Shown here piece by piece: positions 19,846-31,048 of a DNA stretch of 64,000 nucleotides. The notes under the pieces were generated by a model, which did no database searches, was not told the DNA's origin, and saw nothing but the letters and a program-made list of their open reading frames with translations. The translations under genes and the position numbers were made by a program. Source of the stretch: Bacillota bacterium. GTDB lineage: Bacteria > Bacillota > Sulfobacillia > JAUYEG01. The stretch is from positions 98,847 through 162,846 of the forward strand of contig JAXGPL010000002.1 in the NCBI GenBank assembly GCA_040766985.1, written 5' to 3'. Every line of letters starts with the position of its first letter. Positions within the stretch are counted from its first letter, which is position 1.

Positions 19846-20987
19846 TGGGTCCGGACCAGAGAGAGGGTGGAGGCGGGCCGATACCGGCCCTCGACCGGCC
19901 CTACGCCTTAGCGGTATGCGCTCTTCCCGGGATCGGTCCAGCCAGGGCCCGTGCTTTGCGCCTGCGGGCAGGGTCGTTTCGCGACGCCTGGCTCGGCCCG
20001 CCGGAGTTGTTCGATGGACTCGGGCTGCCGCACCGCCTTCGCGAGCAGGCCATAGGGTGGCGGCCCCCGGCAAGGCCGGTGGAGATCATCGAGTTGCTGG
20101 AGCGCTTCTCCGTGCGGGCTGTTTTTGAGGGCGATCCGGGCTATCCGTGGGGATTCGCCGCTATGCACGATGCTCCGCTCGTGGTGTATATTAGGGGCGA
20201 ACTTGCCGAGACGGACCGTCTCGCATGCGCTGTGGTCGGCACCAGGCGGGTTTCGCCGTACGGCCGCTGGATCACCGGCAAGATCGCGGCAGGGCTCGCG
20301 CGGGCCGGTGTCACCGTTGTCAGCGGCCTCGCCGCCGGCGCCGACGGAGCAGCCCACGAGGCGGCGCTTGCCGCGGGCGGCCGTACCATTGCGGTGTTGG
20401 CAGGCGGGCTCGACCGGGTGTATCCTGTGGAACATGCAGGCCTTGCCAGGTGCGTTGAGTCCAGAGGTGCTCTGATCACCGAGTACTGCCCGGGAACGCC
20501 GACCCGTGCCGGCAACTTCGTCAGCCGCAACAGACTGATCGCGGCCTTGGGGATGGCGACCGTCGTCACAGAGGCTGGAAGGCGCAGCGGCGCGATGATT
20601 ACCGCGGGGTTCGCCGCAGACTACGGTCGTGACGTTCTGGCTGTGCCCGGCAGAGTCGGCGACCCAGGTTCGAGCGGCGTTCACGCCCTGCTGAGAGACG
20701 GCGCGGGCCTCGTCGAGACAGCCGAGGACGTGCTTGCCCTCCTCCCGGCGCTTCGGACGGCCGGTTCGGGAGGCGCGACACGGCCTGCGGGCGGCCCGGG
20801 CCCAGGACGCGAGCCACGGTCGAGCGCTCTGCTCGCCCTGCTTGCGGCGGGGCCGTACAGCGAGCGCCAGTTGATCGACCGCTCCGGCGGCAGCCCTGGA
20901 GCCGTGCGGGCGGAGTTGGTGCGGCTTGAGCTGGCAGGCAGGGTTGCCCGTCTGCCCGGTGGCATCTTCATGGCCACCGACCGATAG
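19845..20987 (+). CDS. dprA: DNA processing protein DprA
   Basis: VVGTRRVSPYGRWITGKIAAGLARAGVTVVSGLAAGADGAAHEAAL, SRNRLIAALG and a C-terminal winged-helix-like tail. Precedes topA as in Bacillus. The exact start is uncertain. Confidence 0.88.
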   Translation: MGPDQREGGGGPIPALDRPYALAVCALPGIGPARARALRLRAGSFRDAWLGPPELFDGLGLPHRLREQAIGWRPPARPVEIIELLERFSVRAVFEGDPGYPWGFAAMHDAPLVVYIRGELAETDRLACAVVGTRRVSPYGRWITGKIAAGLARAGVTVVSGLAAGADGAAHEAALAAGGRTIAVLAGGLDRVYPVEHAGLARCVESRGALITEYCPGTPTRAGNFVSRNRLIAALGMATVVTEAGRRSGAMITAGFAADYGRDVLAVPGRVGDPGSSGVHALLRDGAGLVETAEDVLALLPALRTAGSGGATRPAGGPGPGREPRSSALLALLAAGPYSERQLIDRSGGSPGAVRAELVRLELAGRVARLPGGIFMATDR

Positions 20988-21012
20988 CCGATCGAGTTCC
21001 GGAGGTGTTACC

Positions 21013-23163
21013 TTGGCAAAACCGCTGATCATCGTCGAGTCGCCGGCCAAGGCAAAGACGATCGAGAAGTTCCTTGGCCGCAGATATAAAGTCAAAGCCT
21101 CGCTCGGCCACCTGATAGACCTACCTAAGAGCCAGCTTGGTGTGGATGTCGAAAAAGGCTTCGCCCCCAAGTACATCACCATCCGCGGCAAGACCAAGAT
21201 CCTCAAGGAGTTGCGCGACGCCGCCAAGGACGCAGGCAGAGTACTGCTGGCCACGGACCCCGACCGCGAGGGCGAGGCGATCGCCTGGCACCTTGCGAAT
21301 GCGCTGCAGTTGGACGACTCCGATTGCCGCATCACCTTTCAAGAGATCACGGCCGATGCCGTCAGGCGCGCGCTGGAGCATCCGCGGCGGGTCGACATGG
21401 GACGGGTCAACGCGCAGCAGGCCCGGCGCATTCTTGACCGTCTCGTGGGGTACAAGCTCAGCCCGCTGCTCTGGCGCAAGGTCCAGCGTGGCCTGTCCGC
21501 GGGTCGCGTGCAGTCCGTTGCCGTAAGGATGATCGTCGACCGCGAACTGGAGATACGCGCCTTTACGCCCGAGGAATTCTGGTCGCTGACCGCCTGGGTC
21601 TTTCGCCCGGATGATGGCCCTGACCGGGCGTTTTCGGCCAAACTACAGTCCAAGGACGGCCGCAGGGTCGCCCTCGGCGACGAAGGATCCGCAAAAGCGG
21701 TCCTTTCCGACCTCGCCGGGGCGGCTTACTCCGTCGCCAAGGTGGACAAACGCGAGCGTCGCCGGCAGCCGCCTGCGCCGTTCACAACGAGCACCCTGCA
21801 ACAGGAGGCCGCCCGCCGGCACGGGTTCGGCGCAAGGCGCACTATGCAGGCTGCTCAGCAGCTATACGAAGGTCTTGATCTCGGCCCACACGGCCGGATG
21901 GGCCTGATAACCTATATCCGCACCGACTCCACCCGGGTGGCGGACGAGGCGGTCGCCCAGGCCAAAGAATACATAACCGGTCGTTATGGTGAGCCGTATC
22001 TAGGCAAAGGCCGGAGGCAGTCGGCGAGGGAACAGGGTCCCATGGTTCAGGGGGCGCACGAGGCAATCCGTCCGACCAGCCTCGAACTCGAGCCCGATGC
22101 GGTCAAGCAGTTCCTTGGCGGCGACCAGCAAAGGGTATATCGCCTGGTCTGGGAACGTTTTCTGGCGAGCCAAATGACGCCCGCCGTCTACGACGCGGTC
22201 AGCGTGGATATCAAAGCCGGAGCGTACATGTTCCGGGCAAGCGGCCAGACGCTTCGCTTCCCGGGCTTTCAGGCGGTCTACATCGAGTCGCGCGACGACC
22301 AGGGTTCTGCCGAGGATGAGCCGGATTCGGGCGCGCTTCCCGAACTCGCCCCCGGCGACCAGCTCGGCCTCCAGCGGCTTGATCCCAAGCAGCACTTTAC
22401 CCAGCCTCCGCCGCGCTTCAGCGAGGCAAGCCTGGTCAAGGCACTGGAAGAGCTCGGCATCGGCCGTCCAAGCACCTACGCGCCGATCATCGAAACCATC
22501 CAACAGCGGGGATACGTCCGGCAGGATGAACGGCGCTTCCATCCCACTCCCCTTGGCGAAACAGTAACTGAGCTGCTTCGAAAGCAATTCCCGGACGTCG
22601 TCGACGTCAACTTCACAGCCACGATGGAGGCCCGCCTCGACCGCGTCGAGAAGGGCGAAGAAGACTGGCTCGGACTTCTGGAGCAGTTCTACGGGCCGTT
22701 CAGCCGGACCGTCATGGAGGCGGAGAAGAACCTTGAACGGGTCAAGGTTCCCGTCGAGGAGACCGACATCAAATGCGAGAAGTGCGGCCGCATGATGGTC
22801 ATCAAGCACGGCCGTTACGGCCCGTTTCTCGCTTGCCCCGGCTTCCCGGAATGCCGCAACGCCAAACCCCTGGCCAAGAAGATCGAGGCCACCTGCCCCC
22901 TGTGCGGCGGGGCGATCCTCGAGAAGAAGAGCAAGCGTGGGCGCAAGTTCTACGGCTGCGAACGGTATCCCGAGTGCGAGTTCACATCGTGGAACAAGCC
23001 GCTGCCCCAGACATGCCCGCAGTGCGGGACGTTCCTGGTGCAAAAACGAACCAAGGACAAAGGTGTCTACTATGCATGCGGCGACGAGAAGTGTGATTTT
23101 GTGGCCAAGTCGCTGCGCGGCCTTAAGCCAGGGCAGGCCGCGTCGCTTGAGGCCGGCGAGTAG
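21013..23163 (+). CDS. topA: DNA topoisomerase I
   Basis: TTG at 21013 with GGAGGTG 5 nt upstream. LIIVESPAKAKTIEKFLG Toprim, TYIRTDS active-site Tyr region, three C-terminal Cys4 zinc ribbons. Confidence 0.95.
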   Translation: MAKPLIIVESPAKAKTIEKFLGRRYKVKASLGHLIDLPKSQLGVDVEKGFAPKYITIRGKTKILKELRDAAKDAGRVLLATDPDREGEAIAWHLANALQLDDSDCRITFQEITADAVRRALEHPRRVDMGRVNAQQARRILDRLVGYKLSPLLWRKVQRGLSAGRVQSVAVRMIVDRELEIRAFTPEEFWSLTAWVFRPDDGPDRAFSAKLQSKDGRRVALGDEGSAKAVLSDLAGAAYSVAKVDKRERRRQPPAPFTTSTLQQEAARRHGFGARRTMQAAQQLYEGLDLGPHGRMGLITYIRTDSTRVADEAVAQAKEYITGRYGEPYLGKGRRQSAREQGPMVQGAHEAIRPTSLELEPDAVKQFLGGDQQRVYRLVWERFLASQMTPAVYDAVSVDIKAGAYMFRASGQTLRFPGFQAVYIESRDDQGSAEDEPDSGALPELAPGDQLGLQRLDPKQHFTQPPPRFSEASLVKALEELGIGRPSTYAPIIETIQQRGYVRQDERRFHPTPLGETVTELLRKQFPDVVDVNFTATMEARLDRVEKGEEDWLGLLEQFYGPFSRTVMEAEKNLERVKVPVEETDIKCEKCGRMMVIKHGRYGPFLACPGFPECRNAKPLAKKIEATCPLCGGAILEKKSKRGRKFYGCERYPECEFTSWNKPLPQTCPQCGTFLVQKRTKDKGVYYACGDEKCDFVAKSLRGLKPGQAASLEAGE

Positions 23164-23172
23164 GGTCTTGAG

Positions 23173-24504
23173 GTGGAGGCGGAGCGCGTTCTCGTTGCCG
23201 GCGGCGGGCTGGCCGGCTGCGAGGCCGCCTGGCAAATTGCCCGACGGGGCATCGCCGTTGACCTCTGGGAGATGCGGCCGCAGCTAATGACCCCGGCGCA
23301 TCAGACAGATGGTCTCGCGGAGCTGGTTTGCAGCAATTCCCTCGGCTCCGATCGGACGGAGAGCGCGGGCGGCCAGCTCAAGGCCGAACTGCGCGAACTG
23401 GGGTCGCTGCTGCTGGCCCTTGCTGAGAAGGCGCGTGTCCCCGCCGGCAAGGCGCTCGCCGTGGACCGGCGCCGGTTTTCGGACGCGGCCGGCGCAGAGC
23501 TCGCGGCCAACCCGTTGATCCGGGTCCGGCGCGAGGAGTTGACCGGGATTCCCCGGAGCGGCCCGGTGGTGATCGCCACCGGCCCCCTGACGTCAGACCG
23601 GCTGGCGGCAAGCATTGCCGAACTGACCGGCGGAGGGCGGCTGTTCTTCTACGACGCGGTCGCGCCGATCGTCGCTGCCGAGAGCGTCGATCCGGAACGC
23701 AGTTTTTGGGCATCCCGCTATGCCGCGGGCGGCGACGACTACCTCAACTGCCCGTTGACCGTTATGGAGTATGAGGCCCTGTGGCGGGCGCTCATCGAGG
23801 GCGAGCAGCACGAAGTACACGCATTTGACAAGACGGTCTTCTTCGAGGGCTGCCTGCCGATTGAGGAGATGGCGAGGAGGGGCAGGGATACGCTTCGTTA
23901 CGGCCCGCTCAAGCCCGTCGGCCTTCTCGATCCCCGTACCGGCCACCGCCCTTACGCTGTGGTGCAACTGCGGCGCGAGGACGAGCAAGGCGCCCTGCTC
24001 AACCTCGTTGGTTTCCAGACCAACCTCACCTTCGGGGCCCAGCGGGAGGCGATTCGCCTGATCCCCGCCCTCCGCGAAGCCGACATCGTGCGCTACGGCG
24101 TCATGCACCGCAACACCTACCTCAACGGCCCGGCCGTACTGGAGGCGACGCTTGAGAGCAGGGTGCGCCCGGGGCTCTACTTCGCAGGCCAGATCACCGG
24201 CGTCGAGGGTTACACGGAGTCGATCGCGACAGGCCTTCTTGCCGGCATCAACGCCGCGCGCCGGGTTCGCGGGGAGCCAGCGGCGGTGCCCCCGCCGGAA
24301 ACGGTCTGTGGTTCGCTCGTCAGATACGTTTCCTCGGCGCCGACCTCAGACTTCCAGCCGATGAACGCCAACTGGGGGCTGTTGCCCCGTCTCCAGGACA
24401 AGCACCAAGCGGCGCGACCGGCCGGTGCGCTACGCGGCGCGGCAACGGAGGCAATTAAGGTCTTTGCAGCCTTGTCGGTTAGACCCGCCGCCCCGCGTTG
24501 TTAG
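23173..24504 (+). CDS. trmFO: Methylenetetrahydrofolate-tRNA-(uracil54-C5)-methyltransferase TrmFO (Gid)
   Basis: VLVAGGGLAGCEAAWQIARRG FAD-binding N-terminus. 443 aa. Conserved topA-gid-codV order. Confidence 0.92.
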   Translation: MEAERVLVAGGGLAGCEAAWQIARRGIAVDLWEMRPQLMTPAHQTDGLAELVCSNSLGSDRTESAGGQLKAELRELGSLLLALAEKARVPAGKALAVDRRRFSDAAGAELAANPLIRVRREELTGIPRSGPVVIATGPLTSDRLAASIAELTGGGRLFFYDAVAPIVAAESVDPERSFWASRYAAGGDDYLNCPLTVMEYEALWRALIEGEQHEVHAFDKTVFFEGCLPIEEMARRGRDTLRYGPLKPVGLLDPRTGHRPYAVVQLRREDEQGALLNLVGFQTNLTFGAQREAIRLIPALREADIVRYGVMHRNTYLNGPAVLEATLESRVRPGLYFAGQITGVEGYTESIATGLLAGINAARRVRGEPAAVPPPETVCGSLVRYVSSAPTSDFQPMNANWGLLPRLQDKHQAARPAGALRGAATEAIKVFAALSVRPAAPRC

Positions 24505-24526
24505 TTGCAGGGCTGCGTGGTATATT
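24498..24526 (+). promoter_or_regulatory. Putative sigma-A promoter of the xerC-hslVU-codY operon
   Basis: TTGTTA-17 nt-TGgTATATT. The -10 ends only about 10 nt before ATG 24536 and there is no Shine-Dalgarno between them, so the transcript may be leaderless. Confidence 0.45.
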
Positions 24527-24535
24527 GACTCTGAT

Positions 24536-25689
24536 ATGGATAGCTCACCCACCAAGCAGGGCCTTTCCCCGACTGCCGGCGGCACGACTGAAGTCGATGA
24601 CCGCTATGTCATTGAGCAGGACCCGACGCCGGTTCCGGCCGTCGACGCAGCTGCCGGCGAGCGTCTAGTTGTCGAGCACGACTCCCTTCCGGGCTACATT
24701 CTTGAGCGTACCGGTCGTCCGGCTCTTGTGCCGGGCAATGGTTTTCTTCAGGAGTTGAGCATCAAGGGGGCGAGCCCGAACACCATCGACGCATACCGCC
24801 GCGACCTCCGGCAGTTTGGGGCGACTTGTTCCGAGCTGTTCGTTCACCAGGTGAGCCGCGAGAGGATCCGCCTGTACCTCAAAGAGGTACGGCGAGGCAA
24901 CGTTCCCAGCGACCTCAAACACGCGCGAAAGCCGGAAGCCGCGACCAACAGGTCCATGGCCCGCAAACTCTCGTGCCTGCGGTCTTTTTTCAGATGGGCC
25001 TTGCTGCTGAACCACGTCGTCCACGACCCGACGATGGGCGTCCGCAACCCACGGCTGCCAAAGTCCCTTCCGTACCCGCTGACAAAGCCCGAGGCCAAAC
25101 AAATCGTTGAAACCCGCCCCCAAGACGAACAACCGCGCCCTCGCACTGCGTAACACGGCCATTCTCGAGACCCTCTACGCGACGGGGGTCAGGGCCAGCG
25201 AGTTGACCGGCTCGACCTGCGTGACCTGGATATGGGACAGGGAATGCTCAAGGTGATGGGCAAGGGCGGCAAAGAGCGATTGTCCCGGTCGGCCGTGCCT
25301 CGCAGGCTGCCCTGCAGCTTTACCTGAGGGACGGACGGCCGCGGTTGGCCGGCGGGGCGGGAGTAGGCGAGAAGAGCGCTTTTTCCTCAACAAGGACGGG
25401 GGAAGGCCGACCCGCCGCAGCCTTCAGCGCGTCGTCGCGTCGGTGGCAGCAGAAGTCGCGACGCTGGACCGCCTGCACCCCCACACCTGGCGGCACACCT
25501 TCGCGACGCACCTGCTGGAGGGCGGCGCCGATCTACGTTCCGTCCAGAGCTTTGGGGCACGCTTCGGTGCGTTCGACACAGATCTACACCAAGGTGACGA
25601 GCGATCACCTGAAGGCGGAATACAAGCATCATCCGCGCGATCTCGGCCGAGATACAGAACCGTGCGATCCCGGCGGGGGCCGCTCATAG
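24536..25689 (+). pseudogene. xerC: Tyrosine recombinase XerC/CodV, at least 5 frameshifts at 25110-25550, with an N-terminal extension of about 70 aa
   Basis: Core-binding domain is intact (SPNTIDAYRRDLRQF, ARKLSCLRSFFRW). The catalytic domain is spread over frames: ALRNTAILETLYATGVRASELTG / LDLRDLDMGQGMLKVMGKGGKER / IVPVGRAASQAALQLYL / HPHTWRHTFATHLLEGGADLRSVQ / LGHASVRSTQIYTKV. Confidence 0.85.
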
Positions 25690-25714
25690 ACATATGATTC
25701 GGAGGTGGTAGCCG

Positions 25715-26302
25715 GTGTACCTCGGCACGACCGTCATCGCCGTCAGGCGCGGAAGCAAGGCCGCCATGGCCAGTGACGGCCAGGTGACCCAGCAGGAGCA
25801 ACACGTCATCCTCAAGCACCAGGCGCGTAAGGTCCGCAGGCTCGCGAACGGTAAGGTCTTGGCGGGTTTCGCAGGCTCGGTGGCCGACGCGATGACCCTG
25901 TTCGAGAAGTTCGAGGCCAAACTCGAGGAGTACCGGGGTTCGCTGGCCAAAGCGGCGGTCGCCCTGGCCAAGGAGTGGCGGACCGACCGCATGCTCCGCA
26001 GCCTGCAGGCCCTGCTGTTGGTGCTCGACAAGGACCACCTGTTGCTGGTTTCCGGAACCGGCGAGGTGATCGAGCCCGACGAGCCGGTCGCCGCCGTCGG
26101 TTCGGGAGGGCCCTACGCGCTGGCGGCGGCAAAAGCCCTTCTGCGCAACACCGGCCTTCCCGCGGACGAGGTGGCGCGCCAGTCGCTCTTGATTGCGTCG
26201 GAGATCTGCATCTACACCAACGACCACGTCACGCTGGAGGAGATCGCGATCTCCGAGGACCACGGCTCCAAGCTGGAGACGGAGGGGGCGCATTGCCAAT
26301 GA
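25715..26302 (+). CDS. hslV: ATP-dependent protease subunit HslV (ClpQ)
   Basis: GGAGGTGG Shine-Dalgarno. [23 protein letters not shown]-terminal nucleophile region, ARKVRRL. Confidence 0.93.
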   Translation: MYLGTTVIAVRRGSKAAMASDGQVTQQEQHVILKHQARKVRRLANGKVLAGFAGSVADAMTLFEKFEAKLEEYRGSLAKAAVALAKEWRTDRMLRSLQALLLVLDKDHLLLVSGTGEVIEPDEPVAAVGSGGPYALAAAKALLRNTGLPADEVARQSLLIASEICIYTNDHVTLEEIAISEDHGSKLETEGAHCQ

Positions 26303-27699
26303 TCGACCTGACCCCACGCCAGATCGTGGCCGAACTGGACCGCTATATCGTCGGGCAGGAGAAAGCCAAGAAGGCGGTCGCCATCGCCCTGCGCAATCGC
26401 TACCGCCGCCAGCAGCTGCCGGAGGACATCCGGGATGAGGTGCTGCCCAAGAACATCCTGATGATCGGACCGACCGGCGTCGGCAAGACCGAGATCGCAC
26501 GCCGGCTGGCGCGGCTTGTCGGCGCGCCGATGATCAAGGTGGAGGCAACCAAGTTCACGGAGGTCGGCTACGTCGGCCGCGATGTTGAGGGGATGGTCCG
26601 CGACCTTGTCGAGACCGCGATCCGCCTTGTCAAGAATCAGGCCCTCGACAAAGTCTCGGAGCAGGCAGCCCAGGCCGCCGAACACCGGTTGCTCGACGCC
26701 ATCGTGCCGATGCCCAAGCGTGAGTCGAGCCGCAACCCATTCGAGGCGCTGTTCGGCGGCGTCGCCACACGGGACGACCCCGACGAGGACACAGAGTATC
26801 AGGAGCAGGTCCGCCGTGCCCGCCTCGACCGCTCCGACGCCCGCCGCCGGCTGGCGGCAGGCGAACTCGAGGACGAACTCGTCGAGGTCGAGGTCGAGGA
26901 TACCAGCACTCCGACCATGGGCGTGTTCACTCCGGGCGGCGTCGAGGAGATCGGGCTGAATATGCAGGACCTGCTGGGCGGTTTGATGCCCAAGCGGCGC
27001 AAGAAGCGCCGGGTGCCGGTGCGCGACGCCCGCAAGATCCTCGCGCAGGAGGAAGCCCAGAAGCTGATCGACGTCGACGACGCGATCCAGAAGGGCATCG
27101 CGCTCGCCGAGCAGTCCGGGATCATCTTCATCGACGAGATGGACAAGATTGCGGGCCGCGAACGGAGCGCGGGGCCGGACGTGTCCCGCGAGGGTGTCCA
27201 GCGCGACATTCTGCCGATCGTCGAGGGGTCGACCGTCGTGACCAAGTACGGGCCGGTCAAGACCGACCACGTCCTGTTCATCGCCGCGGGCGCCTTCCAC
27301 GTCAGCAAGCCATCCGATCTGATCCCGGAGCTTCAGGGCCGGTTTCCGCTGCGCGTCGAGCTCGACCCGTTGACCGAGGCCGACTTCCGGCGGATCCTGA
27401 CCGAGCCGCGCAACGCTTTGACCAAGCAATACCAGCAGTTGCTGGCTGCGGATGGGGTCACGCTTGAGTTTGCGGACACCGGCATCCAGGAGATCGCCCG
27501 TGTTGCCGCAACCGTCAACGAACGCACCGAGAATATCGGAGCCCGCCGCCTTTACACGGTCCTCGAGCGCCTCTTGGAGGAGGTATCCTACCGGGCGCCC
27601 GACCCGGAGTGCCGCACGGTCCGCGTCGACAAGGATTTTGTGCGCTCGACGCTCAAGGACATCATCGAGGACGAGGATCTCAGCCGGTACATCCTCTAG
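26299..27699 (+). CDS. hslU: ATP-dependent protease ATPase subunit HslU (ClpY)
   Basis: ATGA overlap with hsl[60 protein letters not shown]. Confidence 0.95.
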   Translation: MIDLTPRQIVAELDRYIVGQEKAKKAVAIALRNRYRRQQLPEDIRDEVLPKNILMIGPTGVGKTEIARRLARLVGAPMIKVEATKFTEVGYVGRDVEGMVRDLVETAIRLVKNQALDKVSEQAAQAAEHRLLDAIVPMPKRESSRNPFEALFGGVATRDDPDEDTEYQEQVRRARLDRSDARRRLAAGELEDELVEVEVEDTSTPTMGVFTPGGVEEIGLNMQDLLGGLMPKRRKKRRVPVRDARKILAQEEAQKLIDVDDAIQKGIALAEQSGIIFIDEMDKIAGRERSAGPDVSREGVQRDILPIVEGSTVVTKYGPVKTDHVLFIAAGAFHVSKPSDLIPELQGRFPLRVELDPLTEADFRRILTEPRNALTKQYQQLLAADGVTLEFADTGIQEIARVAATVNERTENIGARRLYTVLERLLEEVSYRAPDPECRTVRVDKDFVRSTLKDIIEDEDLSRYIL

Positions 27700-27728
27700 C
27701 GCCGTTCGGTGGCTCACGGTTTGTTGCA

Positions 27729-27767
27729 GGGCCGGGCTCACGGGTGACCACCCGGCCCCGCGTTTTG
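27729..27767 (+). terminator. Possible terminator/attenuator hairpin after hslU
   Basis: GGGCCGGG...CCCGGCCC outer stem with an inner TCAC/GTGA pairing, followed by CGCGTTTTG. Confidence 0.45.
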
Positions 27768-27905
27768 CCCATTCTGCGTGGTTTTCCTCAGCAAGGGCAG
27801 GGATTGATACACTGATTGCAGTATATTTAGACAAGTTAGACCCGGTTTCCCGGCGGCCGCGGGACGACATCGAGGGGCCGCCCACATAAAGCGAGGGTTG
27901 GCGAT

Positions 27906-28685
27906 TTGAGGGAGCTTCTGGAGCAGACAAGGCAGATCGGTAGGGCGGTCCAGCAGCTGTCGCGGCGGCCCGAGGAGTTCCGCGAGATGGCTCAGGTGCT
28001 CAGCCGGCTGATCGGAGCCAACGTCTATATTGCCGATACTCAGGGCGTGGTCAAAGGCTACGCGCTGACGCATGGTTTTGAGTGTGACATCCTTCGCGAG
28101 GAGGTCCTCGGGCCGTTGCGGTTTCCGTCGCTCTACGTGGCGTTGTTGTCGCGGTTCATGGAAACCCACCCCAACGTCAAGCAAGAGGGCAGGGCCTGCG
28201 TCTTCAAGTCCAACGAGCGGTGCCTCCTGGCCGATAAAGTCACGACGATCGTGCCGATCAACGGGGCCGGCGAGCGCTTGGGCACGCTGATCCTCGCCCG
28301 GTTTGCGCAGCTCTTTGATGACGGAGAGCTCATCCTCGCCGAGTACGCGGCCACCGTTGTCGGCATGGAGATCCTCCGCTCCAAGAGCGAGAAGTCCGAG
28401 GAGCAGGCGCGGCAGAAGGCGACCGTCGAGATGGCCCTGAGTACGCTCTCGTACTCGGAGCTGGAGGCAGTCAGGCACATCCTCAACGAACTGGACGGTG
28501 AAGAAGGGCTGCTCGTCGCGTCCCGGATTGCCGACCGCGTTGGAATTACGCGGTCGGTGATCGTCAACGCCCTGCGCAAATTCGAGAGCGCCGGGGTGAT
28601 CGAGTCCCGTTCGCTAGGCATGAAGGGGACGCGGATCCGGGTGCTCAACCCATACCTCCTGAGCGAACTGAGCAAGCACGGCTAA
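27906..28685 (+). CDS. codY: GTP-sensing pleiotropic transcriptional repressor CodY
   Basis: TTG start. Near-identical C-terminal HTH region to B. subtilis CodY ([62 protein letters not shown]). Confidence 0.95.
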   Translation: MRELLEQTRQIGRAVQQLSRRPEEFREMAQVLSRLIGANVYIADTQGVVKGYALTHGFECDILREEVLGPLRFPSLYVALLSRFMETHPNVKQEGRACVFKSNERCLLADKVTTIVPINGAGERLGTLILARFAQLFDDGELILAEYAATVVGMEILRSKSEKSEEQARQKATVEMALSTLSYSELEAVRHILNELDGEEGLLVASRIADRVGITRSVIVNALRKFESAGVIESRSLGMKGTRIRVLNPYLLSELSKHG

Positions 28686-28715
28686 GCGTAGAGGCCACGA
28701 CCTGGCCGGGGTTGG

Positions 28716-28744
28716 TTGTTGCCAGGATGCGGCTATGCTATACT
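28716..28744 (+). promoter_or_regulatory. Putative sigma-A promoter of the rpsB-tsf operon
   Basis: TTGTTG-17 nt-TATACT, leaving a GC-rich 5' leader of about 100 nt before the GGAGG Shine-Dalgarno. Confidence 0.5.
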
Positions 28745-28853
28745 CGCCTAGAAATCGCGGGGCCGACCAAGTCCGGCGCCCGGTGCCGCCAGCAGCGCGG
28801 TCGCGCCGGACAATGCGGTAGCCCCCCGACATCAACCAAATGGAGGCTTGATT

Positions 28854-29683
28854 ATGGCTGTCATCACAATGAAGCAATTGCTCGAAGCCGGGGTTCACTT
28901 CGGGCACCAGACCCGTCGTTGGAACCCCAAGATGGCCCCCTACATCTTCACCGAACGCAACGGCATCTACATCGTCGACCTTCAAAAGACCGTCCGCAAA
29001 TTCGAAGAAGCCTACAATCACGTTCGCAGCATGGCGGGCGAAAAGAAGACCCTTCTCTTTGTCGGTACCAAAAGCAGGCCCAGGAGTCGGTACGGGAAGA
29101 GGCTTCGCGTTGCGGCATGTTTTTCGTCAACCAGCGCTGGCTTGGTGGCATGCTGACCAACTTTGTGACCATCAAGCGGCGCATCGAGCGCCTGCGCGAG
29201 CTGGAGCAGATCCTGGCCAACGAGCAGACCGTCGCGGCCTTGACCAAGAAGGAAGTAGCGGGGCTCCAACGCGAGAAAGACAAACTGGAGAAATACCTCG
29301 GCGGGATCAAGGACATGGAGAACCTGCCGGATGCCGTCTACATCATTGACCCGCGCAAAGAGCGCATTGCGGTGGCCGAGGCCCGTCGCCTGGGCATCCC
29401 GATCATCGCCATCGTCGACACCAACTGCGATCCCGATGAAGTGGACTTCATAATCCCCGGCAACGACGATGCCATCCGGGCAGTCCGCCTTCTGACCTCG
29501 CGGATCGCCGACGCTGTGATCGAGGGCAGGGCGATGATCAAGGACGAGACGGGCGAAGAGGTTGAGGAGGAGGCCGCGATGACCGCCTCCGGCGAGCAGG
29601 AGGAGCCGGTGGTCACGGAAGCCGAGTTTGTGGCGGTCAATGAAGAGGGGGAGGATCAGAATCCCCGTGGGAGGTCGTCCTAG
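28854..29683 (+). pseudogene. rpsB: 30S ribosomal protein S2, single frameshift at A run 29070-29073
   Basis: [27 protein letters not shown]...LLFVGTK in one frame, [30 protein letters not shown]... in the next. ACCAAAAGCAGG would read ACC AAA AAG CAG with one more A. Confidence 0.92.
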
Positions 29684-29685
29684 TC

Positions 29686-30288
29686 ATGGTCACAGCTCAA
29701 ATGGTCAAAGAACTCCGCGAGAAGACCGGCGCCGGCTTTCTCGACTGCAAGAAGGCCCTTGGGGAGAGCGGCGGCGACCTGGATAAGGCCGCGGACCTGC
29801 TCCGGCAGTGGGGCATGGCCGCAGCCGGCAAGAAATCCGGCAGGACCGCCAAAGAGGGACTCGTCGAGGCCTACATCCACGGCGAGGGCAGGCTCGGGGT
29901 GCTCTTGGAGATCAATTGCGAGACGGATTTTGTGGCGCGGACCGCGGAGTTCAAGGCGTTCGCCCATGACGTCGCGATGCAGATCGCCGCGGCTCGCCCT
30001 GTGTACGTGTCCAAGGAAGACGTCCCGGCAGAGGTCGTCGAGCACGAGAAGTCAGTGCTTCTTGCGCAGGCCCAGGCGGAAGGCAAGCCGCCAGCCGTGG
30101 TTGAACGGATGGTCGCCGGCCGGCTCGACAAGTTCTTCGCCGACGTATGTCTACTCGAGCAGCCGTTCATCCGCGACCAGGACAAGTCCGCGCGCAAGGT
30201 CGGCGACCTCGTCCGCGAGATGATCGCCAAGTTCGGAGAGAACATCCAGGTCCGCAGGTTCGCCCGTATGGGGTTGGGCGAGGAGTAA
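29686..30288 (+). CDS. tsf: Elongation factor Ts (short form)
   Basis: [23 protein letters not shown]-like N-terminus. 200 aa. Confidence 0.95.
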   Translation: MVTAQMVKELREKTGAGFLDCKKALGESGGDLDKAADLLRQWGMAAAGKKSGRTAKEGLVEAYIHGEGRLGVLLEINCETDFVARTAEFKAFAHDVAMQIAAARPVYVSKEDVPAEVVEHEKSVLLAQAQAEGKPPAVVERMVAGRLDKFFADVCLLEQPFIRDQDKSARKVGDLVREMIAKFGENIQVRRFARMGLGEE

Positions 30289-30308
30289 TCAGGGCGGGAG
30301 GGGCGGCC

Positions 30309-31034
30309 ATGACCGATCCGAGCCCGAAGTACCGGAGGGTCGTTCTCAAGCTGAGCGGCGAGGCTCTGGCGGGCACGCAGGGTTTCGGCATCAGCACGGA
30401 AGTGGTCCACGACATCGCCAACGAGATTTCGGAGGTTTCCAGGCTCGGCATCGAGGTCGCCATCGTGGTCGGCGGAGGCAACATCTGGCGGGGCAGGTCG
30501 GGGTCGCAGGGCGGAATGGACCGCGCCGCGGCCGACTACATGGGCATGCTCGCTACGGTGCTCAACGCTCTGGCCCTGCAGGATGTGCTTGAGAAACTCG
30601 GCGTCGAGACCCGCGTGCAGACCGCCATTGAGATGCGTGAGGTCGCCGAACCGTATATCCGCCGCAGGGCGATCCGGCACCTGGAGAAGGGCCGGGTCGT
30701 CATTTTCGCGGCCGGGACCGGTGCGCCGTACTTCTCGACAGATACCGCTGCGGCGCTGAGAGCCGCAGAGATCGAGGCCGACGCGATTTTAATGGCCAAA
30801 CGAGGCACGGATGGGGTGTACGATAAGGATCCCAACCGTTTCCCGGACGCGCACCGCTTTGACCAACTGAGTTTCATGGAACTAATCCAGCGCGGCCTGA
30901 CGGTGATCGACGCCACAGCGGCGTCTTTGTGCATGGAAAACGGGATTCCCGTGCTGGTTTTCGAACTTGGCAAGCCCGGGAACATCAAGGCGGCGGTCCT
31001 CGACGCCAACGTCGGGACCCTGCTCTTTGCCTGA
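30309..31034 (+). CDS. pyrH: UMP kinase
   Basis: ATG at 30309 after [42 protein letters not shown]. Confidence 0.95.
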   Translation: MTDPSPKYRRVVLKLSGEALAGTQGFGISTEVVHDIANEISEVSRLGIEVAIVVGGGNIWRGRSGSQGGMDRAAADYMGMLATVLNALALQDVLEKLGVETRVQTAIEMREVAEPYIRRRAIRHLEKGRVVIFAAGTGAPYFSTDTAAALRAAEIEADAILMAKRGTDGVYDKDPNRFPDAHRFDQLSFMELIQRGLTVIDATAASLCMENGIPVLVFELGKPGNIKAAVLDANVGTLLFA

Positions 31035-31048
31035 GGGGGGATTTGCGA

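Noticed and set aside
24536-25689. A tyrosine recombinase as the marker of a prophage or integrative element
   Set aside because: It sits in the conserved trmFO-xerC(codV)-hslV-hslU-codY operon, with no att-like repeats, no tRNA target and no phage genes nearby. It is the chromosomal dimer-resolution or CodV-type recombinase.
27800-27845. An AT-rich island upstream of codY (TTGATA ... TATATT) as an internal promoter
   Set aside because: The two hexamers are only 12 nt apart, and no alternative pairing gives acceptable 16-18 nt spacing. It may still matter for regulation, but I cannot support a promoter call.
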